DNA of 64,000 nucleotides, taken from the IMG/VR virus record IMGVR_UViG_3300033076_001232, positions 1 through 64,000 of that record; one strand, written 5' to 3'. Each line of letters starts with the position of its first letter. Within the stretch, counting starts at the first letter, position 1. This DNA is from a virus. Taxonomy: Duplodnaviria; Heunggongvirae; Uroviricota; Caudoviricetes. Positions 58,270 through 64,000 of the stretch are shown one piece after another. The notes below the pieces were generated by a model, which was given only the letters and a program-made list of their open reading frames with translations, was not told where the DNA came from and did no database searches. The position numbers and the translations under genes are program-made.

Positions 58270-58572
58270 ATGAGCAGTACAAGAAGAGAAAAAAGAAAAT
58301 TACTAAGGCAGTACGGGGTCTTAGATTCTGTGAAAAAGATCAAGCTGTCTGAAAGAATAGAAGAGGGAAAAAGCATTCACAGAGAAAATCTTCAGAGAAT
58401 GAAGAATCAATCTATAAAGAAAGAAATCGAGAGAGGATCTGTCGTAGAACCAAATCAAGATTTTCCTGTTTATAGAGGAATGGATAACGAATATTCAATT
58501 TTTGGTAGTTTTTTAAACTCCAAAAATTGGGAAACACTGGAATCTAATGGAGACGATGCAATCGAAGATTAA
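58270..58572 (+). CDS. Hypothetical basic protein
   Basis: ORF in operon context. Confidence 0.6.
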   Translation: MSSTRREKRKLLRQYGVLDSVKKIKLSERIEEGKSIHRENLQRMKNQSIKKEIERGSVVEPNQDFPVYRGMDNEYSIFGSFLNSKNWETLESNGDDAIED

Positions 58573-58885
58573 GGTCGATTTCTATATAACTAAATATTCT
58601 CCAAAGGAGGCTAAGAAGAGATCTGAGATAGGTCCTTATTTATATGTAGTAGACATCTCTAAAATAATTAGAGATCTGGGATATACTCTAGACGAACTAA
58701 CTCAGGAATCTGAATTTATTATAAACTATACCATTCGTAAGAAAATTATTCAGGGAATATATAGTACGAAGTGCGAAGGCATACTCGTTTGCTATAAGAA
58801 TGTTTCTCCTGAATTTTTAGAGAATTTAGAAACTTTCCTTGAGGAACACACTGAGGAAATAGAGTATACCATCAGCGATCTTTAA
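58547..58885 (+). CDS. Hypothetical protein
   Basis: ORF in operon context. Confidence 0.6.
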   Translation: METMQSKIKVDFYITKYSPKEAKKRSEIGPYLYVVDISKIIRDLGYTLDELTQESEFIINYTIRKKIIQGIYSTKCEGILVCYKNVSPEFLENLETFLEEHTEEIEYTISDL

Positions 58886-58902
58886 AAAAAGATTGATGCT
58901 AG

Positions 58903-60789
58903 ATGTCAGGAAATAATACGAATAATCCGGTAAATGCGGCGAATAATATAGAAAGACTCCAACAAGGAGCTTCCAATGATATTATTAATAGATACAGTAA
59001 CCTAAACTCTATTAACCCATTTAAAGGACCTACTGCAAGAAGTTTATTCTATGAAGCTGCCAAAAGAGTTCCTGGTAAATATGGACAGTTCCTTTTTTAT
59101 GCCTTGGGTAATAATGAGAATGATTTCGTAGACGCTTACTATAGATCGGAGTCTGCAGATTTTAATAGAACAGTATCATCTTTAAAATCTAAAAATCCTT
59201 CAGCCGGATTTTTAATTAGGCAAACAGCAGATCTTGAAAGGATAGCATCTGCAGCAACCAATGATATATTAGGTCTACCATCAACTTTCGAACAAGACAT
59301 TATAGGAGGATTATCAGCTCCATATTATTGGAAAGATTTTATGTATTGTAAATATTATGGTGCAATACCTAATAATTACATGATAACTCTTAGAAGATTT
59401 CCTACCCCAATCCTGGATAATTTATCAATACCTGATTCAGTCAAGCAATCAGATAATTATACCAAGGAGGGAGCGGGCAAACCCGTTGCACAAGCAGTAA
59501 CTTGGTTTGGCGGTAATACTGGGAATACCCTGAATTCACTAATTAACTTTACGACCGGATTGAACTGGGCTCCAAGATCACAGGAGGAAATTAAAGAAAC
59601 CGAGGCATTTTCCAAGGGATTTTTTCAAGATCTTCCTTATCAGTGGTTTTCTGCTGCGGCTAGAGCTGCTACTGGAAGCGACACTTTGGCTAACGGAGCA
59701 TCCAATTTTGCAGAGGGTACCGCTGTTGCTTTTGATCCTAACAACCAAACAGTGGAGGGACTTAGGTTTCAGGGTCTTAGAGATAGAGCTAAGGATGGAT
59801 CTTTAGGCGTAATGAGCGAATTTATTTGGGTTCCTGTTGATGTGGTACAAACTACATATGTTAGGGAGACCGGTCTTAAATTTACTCCAGGTGAACTTAG
59901 CATAGTTTTTGAATATGAACTAACTTCTGTGGGTGAGGTTAATACTAAAGCGGCTATGATGGATATTATGGCAAATCTTCTCTCCATAGGAACAAACTAT
60001 GGTAATTTTTTAACTCCAGAGACCAGATATAAATCAAATTTCCCAGCTTTTGGGTTTCCTGGGGGAGATGATGGGTTAGCAACTTTTTATCGAGATCCTC
60101 TTCAATTTATACTAAAATTTGGTGATAAGCTGGTTAATCCCGTGGGTAACGCCACTTCATCGCAGGGGGATGCAGAGATAACCGGAACAGTAGGTGAAAA
60201 TGGAGGTGCAACGGATGAACAGACTCAGATTTCAGAGCTTAAAGCTATTCTTGAAAAGCTAACTACAGAGAGTGTCGATCTACAAACGATAAAAGATCTA
60301 GCATCTAAGTTTGGTGCAGGTTTTAATAGATTGCTCAAGCTTGCAGTTACACAAGATTTTGTTGAAAATTGGCAGGTCCCTGCTAGCTTGCTTACTGGTG
60401 CACCCATCGGTGAATGGCACCTAACTATAGGAAATCCATGTAATCCAATAGCAATGATTGGGAATTTAATATGTAACGACGTAAAAATAGAATTCGGCGA
60501 AGTTCTCGGACCCGATGATTTTCCGACAACCCTTAAAGCTACATTTAGTTTAGCCCACGGAAGAGACAGGGAAAGAGGAGAAATAGAAAGCATGTTTAAC
60601 CGTGGCGACGGTAGACTTTACGCATCTTCAGCTCCTTCTTCTTCTTCAGCTGCATCATTTAGTGCATTCTCTGACGTTAACGGAAACGTTCTTAACGAAA
60701 GAACTGCAGCACAGTATATGAATGGCGATGCCTTCAATAATACTACCGGATTAGCGGATCAACTAGGTCCAATAAACAATGGTCAATAA
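58903..60789 (+). CDS. Putative baseplate / tube-junction structural protein
   Basis: Precedes the gp53-like gene; WHLTIGNP.NPIAMIGNLI..V...F...LGPDDFPT suggests a tube-like beta fold. Confidence 0.5.
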   Translation: MSGNNTNNPVNAANNIERLQQGASNDIINRYSNLNSINPFKGPTARSLFYEAAKRVPGKYGQFLFYALGNNENDFVDAYYRSESADFNRTVSSLKSKNPSAGFLIRQTADLERIASAATNDILGLPSTFEQDIIGGLSAPYYWKDFMYCKYYGAIPNNYMITLRRFPTPILDNLSIPDSVKQSDNYTKEGAGKPVAQAVTWFGGNTGNTLNSLINFTTGLNWAPRSQEEIKETEAFSKGFFQDLPYQWFSAAARAATGSDTLANGASNFAEGTAVAFDPNNQTVEGLRFQGLRDRAKDGSLGVMSEFIWVPVDVVQTTYVRETGLKFTPGELSIVFEYELTSVGEVNTKAAMMDIMANLLSIGTNYGNFLTPETRYKSNFPAFGFPGGDDGLATFYRDPLQFILKFGDKLVNPVGNATSSQGDAEITGTVGENGGATDEQTQISELKAILEKLTTESVDLQTIKDLASKFGAGFNRLLKLAVTQDFVENWQVPASLLTGAPIGEWHLTIGNPCNPIAMIGNLICNDVKIEFGEVLGPDDFPTTLKATFSLAHGRDRERGEIESMFNRGDGRLYASSAPSSSSAASFSAFSDVNGNVLNERTAAQYMNGDAFNNTTGLADQLGPINNGQ

Positions 60790-60801
60790 AAATCGTAAGA
60801 T

Positions 60802-61392
60802 ATGGGACTTTTACTTATAGATACCTTAAAAAATAACAAATCGATATTCAATCCCCAATCAGGACTTGATTCCAGTAAATATGGAATATGGGATCTGACT
60901 AAGTCTTCCATCACTTATGATAATTTGAATATTCAAGTGGAAGATTTCTTTTTTGTTAAAGAATCCTATCAGATGAGACCTGATCTTATAGCAGCGATCA
61001 AATTAGGAGATCAATCTAAAGTAGGATCATTATTAAAATTAAACGGTATTAGCAATCCTTTTGCTGTGGCTGAGGGAAGATTTATGCTTATTCCTAGCGG
61101 GGCTACAGTAGAAAGATCTTTTGATGTTAAGAAAATAAAAAATCAGGCTTCATCATCTTCGAATACAAATACTAATCCTAATGAGGCATTTAGAAAAAAT
61201 CAGGAACAGAAGAAATTCAAGGTTTCTGATGGTAGGAAGAAGTTCTTAGAGAGTAAAGTTAAGAAACAACCTGAAATGATTTTACCCCCTAATGTAATGC
61301 AGCCTAGTCAGAGAACGATACTTAAAAAAGATGGATTCTTAATATTCGCACCCGATGCTGGTGGTGGAGGATCTAATAAACCAGTTAACTAA
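60802..61392 (+). CDS. Baseplate wedge protein (gp53/LysM-like)
   Basis: RPDLIA...LLKLNGISNPF....G..MLIP. Confidence 0.72.
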   Translation: MGLLLIDTLKNNKSIFNPQSGLDSSKYGIWDLTKSSITYDNLNIQVEDFFFVKESYQMRPDLIAAIKLGDQSKVGSLLKLNGISNPFAVAEGRFMLIPSGATVERSFDVKKIKNQASSSSNTNTNPNEAFRKNQEQKKFKVSDGRKKFLESKVKKQPEMILPPNVMQPSQRTILKKDGFLIFAPDAGGGGSNKPVN

Positions 61393-61399
61393 AAGATAA

Positions 61400-62953
61400 A
61401 TGTTAGCAGATTCAACTAAAATAGTAGGTATTGCTCTAAACAATATGAAGCTGGATGAATTAATCCAGAATGATAGAGCAAACGGTTCTAACAATCCGGA
61501 TTTACAAAGAGAACTTGGTGCTGGTCAGGATAAATCAACCGGACTAAATTCCCCGTTTATGACCATAAATGGATATAGTGTTTCCAAATATCTGGATTCA
61601 TTTTCTTTAGATCTTAGTGGATTCCTTCCGGTTATTAGATTCTCTTTTTCCCCTGCTGAAACTGTTTTTATATCCGTAAACTATCCTAAAGACGGCGACA
61701 TTGTATCTGTTTATATGAGAGCACCAGGAGATATCTATAACCCTATGAGGATGGATTTTAAGGTTCTGAGTGTTTCTGGTGATGTCTCCAGTAAATATTC
61801 ACCAAAGGGATCTGATCCAAATGGAACATTTTTTAGATTCCATATTGTTGCTGAAGCATATATCCCCGGATTATATTCACCAAAAATAAAATCATTTGGA
61901 AGATCGAATTCTGCAGATGTTCTATTAGAGGTTTCCCAGGATTTGAATCTTGGGTTTGCTACTAATGAAAAAACGACAAATGATACGATGAGGTGGTTAT
62001 GTCCAAACTACTCATATTATGATTTCATCCAGGAGGTTTGTTTAAGAGCTTATAAGGATGATGAACAGAGTTTCTTTGACTGTTGGATAGATCCATATTA
62101 TAATCTTAACTTCGTAAATATGGGTAGTCAATTTGCATTTGACGGAGATCCTAAACAGGAAGTCTTAATAGTACCTGGATATACTAATGCCGGATTAAAG
62201 GTCGATTCTGCTATACCAGGTACACCATCACCCGAACCATCTAAAGTACCTCTAGTTTTGACTAATGCTATAGGAGCTGGCGTGGTTCCCTTCTTTATTA
62301 ATGGATATACATTAACTTCTAGAGCAGGTAACAGTACAAATGAATATGGTTATATAACTGAGGTTGGTTTTTATGACGAAGAAGCTGAAGAAGCTGAAGC
62401 ATCTGGAAAATATGTAAAATATGACATCGAAACTCAGACCACAGATAATGTAAAACCAGGAGCTATTCTACAAAAAGGTAGAGCAAGGGATAATGAATAT
62501 AAAAATGAAACCAGAAGAGAATGGTTTGGTGTTTTGAATTATTTTCCTGATATCGACGACGGTGTGCACCAAAACTATTACCATGCTACTGTCCAGAATA
62601 CTATAAATCTTAGTGATGTCTCCAAGATGACACTGGAAGTTGAAATAACAGCTTATTTTCCGGGAATTATCAGAGGTATGGTCATTCCTGTTTCAATATA
62701 TGTTTTTGATGCTGGAATGAGACAACAGAACGTCGGGAATCTTTCTAATAAAGACAAGAATACCGGAATGAATCCAACTATAGATAATTTTCTTTCCGGT
62801 AACTATGTTGTAACTGGAATGGAGGTTTATTGGTCTAAATTTTCAGGAGGAATGAAGCAGAGGTTAACATTATCTAAAAGAACATGGACAGCTAATTCTT
62901 CTGGAACTATTCCTAAAGCTTTCCCCATATCCATACAAACTGGACAATTCTAG
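61400..62953 (+). CDS. Putative baseplate hub protein (gp27/gpD-like)
   Basis: Follows the gp53-like gene; C-terminal LEVEI..YFPGIIRG...FLSGNYVVTGM...QRLTLSKR. Confidence 0.55.
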   Translation: MLADSTKIVGIALNNMKLDELIQNDRANGSNNPDLQRELGAGQDKSTGLNSPFMTINGYSVSKYLDSFSLDLSGFLPVIRFSFSPAETVFISVNYPKDGDIVSVYMRAPGDIYNPMRMDFKVLSVSGDVSSKYSPKGSDPNGTFFRFHIVAEAYIPGLYSPKIKSFGRSNSADVLLEVSQDLNLGFATNEKTTNDTMRWLCPNYSYYDFIQEVCLRAYKDDEQSFFDCWIDPYYNLNFVNMGSQFAFDGDPKQEVLIVPGYTNAGLKVDSAIPGTPSPEPSKVPLVLTNAIGAGVVPFFINGYTLTSRAGNSTNEYGYITEVGFYDEEAEEAEASGKYVKYDIETQTTDNVKPGAILQKGRARDNEYKNETRREWFGVLNYFPDIDDGVHQNYYHATVQNTINLSDVSKMTLEVEITAYFPGIIRGMVIPVSIYVFDAGMRQQNVGNLSNKDKNTGMNPTIDNFLSGNYVVTGMEVYWSKFSGGMKQRLTLSKRTWTANSSGTIPKAFPISIQTGQF

Positions 62954-62988
62954 AGATTTGGATAAATAGATAAAATAAAGAGAACCTT

Positions 62989-64000
62989 ATGTCTTTAGGA
63001 GCAACAGATAGGGAAAGGAGTTTATTCCTCAAGGGGTTTAAACTATCAAAGCAGGGAAATTACGAAGACCCGACATATCTTGGATTTAAAATAATCTTTG
63101 ATTTTGGTACTTTACCTATAAGTCCAGAAGATGGAATACCACCAAGTCCACTTTTTAAGGACAGAAGTTACTTCTTCGAATCCGGTGGATCTTTTGCTGC
63201 AACTAATCCATTTTCTCAACAGCAATACGATTATAGAAATCCATCTCCCGACGGAATGGTTCAATTTTATTCTGCTACATCTTTCTTAGAACAGAGAGAA
63301 TTTGATTTCGATTACGGTCCGAAAAGAGCTGATATGTTAAGACAGTTTAAATCTACTCTTGATAACATATTATCAAATTCTCCGTGGTTTTTCCAATCGA
63401 TATCTGGACTTGATCAATTAGCTAAGGTTGCTAGACCTGGATACCAGTCGGAAGGATCTGAAGGTGGATTCAACCCTCAGAGAACAGCGGGTAAGACTTT
63501 AGAAATAACAACTCTCGAATCCCTTAATTTAAGGATTTCAGCTTTAGCAGACCTTTATAATCAGGCGACTTTTGATTATGATAACATGAGAGAACTTCTA
63601 CCTAGAAATCTTAGAAGATTTACCATGTATATCTTTGTTTCAGAGGTAAGAAACTTCTTCAAGACTTCCAGATTGATAGGATCTTCTGCTGCTCTAACTA
63701 CCCTTGATAATTTATCTACCTTACTAGCATCAGGTAATAACCCAGGGAGTAATCTGGGTGTTGCTACTACTGTAGCTGGTGAACAGAATCAAAATTTCAA
63801 CGGTGGTTCTTCAGCAAATAATCCAGCTAGCTCATTTAACTCCTTTGTTGGGAATATAGCTAACCAAGCAGGTTTAGATAATGACTTTTCTCTTTTACAG
63901 AATCAACAAGATCAATCTGGGATAAAACCGATGATAGTCTTTGAGTGTAAGAATTGTGAATTTGACTTTACTGAGAGTACTCCAATAAAGAGCGATACCA
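62989..64000 (+). CDS. Structural protein, 3'-truncated by the window (possibly a baseplate tube-fold protein)
   Basis: ATG 62989 gives MSLGATDRERSLFLKG...EDPTYLGFKIIFDF and the frame stays open to the window end; GATAAATA at 62961. Absent from the supplied ORF track. Confidence 0.7.
   Translation, partial: MSLGATDRERSLFLKGFKLSKQGNYEDPTYLGFKIIFDFGTLPISPEDGIPPSPLFKDRSYFFESGGSFAATNPFSQQQYDYRNPSPDGMVQFYSATSFLEQREFDFDYGPKRADMLRQFKSTLDNILSNSPWFFQSISGLDQLAKVARPGYQSEGSEGGFNPQRTAGKTLEITTLESLNLRISALADLYNQATFDYDNMRELLPRNLRRFTMYIFVSEVRNFFKTSRLIGSSAALTTLDNLSTLLASGNNPGSNLGVATTVAGEQNQNFNGGSSANNPASSFNSFVGNIANQAGLDNDFSLLQNQQDQSGIKPMIVFECKNCEFDFTESTPIKSDT

Noticed and set aside
1-64000. Stop-codon reassignment as in some large Bacteroidota phages
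   Set aside because: Core genes are full length in code 11, and TAG ends genes cleanly before the next start or promoter (for example 6239, 21796, 33257, 34235).
1-64000. tRNA, rRNA or other ncRNA genes
   Set aside because: Intergenic gaps are short and accounted for by promoters and terminators; no cloverleaf was recognised by eye. A tRNAscan or Infernal run would be decisive.

Overview
The window is a gene-dense, AT-rich, almost entirely + strand segment of a large T4-like (myovirus-type, probably jumbo) phage genome read in the standard genetic code. It holds most of the morphogenesis module: a collagen-like/beta-roll tail fibre, gp14-like neck, small and large terminase, sheath, two tail tubes, gp26/gp51-like chaperones, a tape-measure-like protein, gp4, gp2, two portals, a protease-scaffold fusion, the major capsid protein and baseplate genes. 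These are interleaved with replication, repair and nucleotide genes and two sigma factors (ECF-type and gp55-type). TAnnTTTG promoter elements and A-rich leaders without Shine-Dalgarno motifs point to a Bacteroidota host (inference). Main hunt results: (1) a sulfotransferase / APS kinase / HxGH nucleotidyltransferase / DUF2061 / GT9 cluster coupled to a Ser/Thr-Gly repeat fibre, suggesting phage-made sulfated-glycan decoration of the virion; (2) three fixed-spacing promoter classes forming a host sigma -> ECF sigma -> gp55 cascade; (3) tandem duplicated portals and tubes; (4) a nested scaffold gene with 14 cleavable 14-aa repeats; (5) two candidate programmed frameshifts; (6) a family of proteins with T4-CTS-like N-termini, including a nucleotidyltransferase whose late promoter lies in a hairpin loop. 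All family calls are from motif recognition by eye; no database searches were run.
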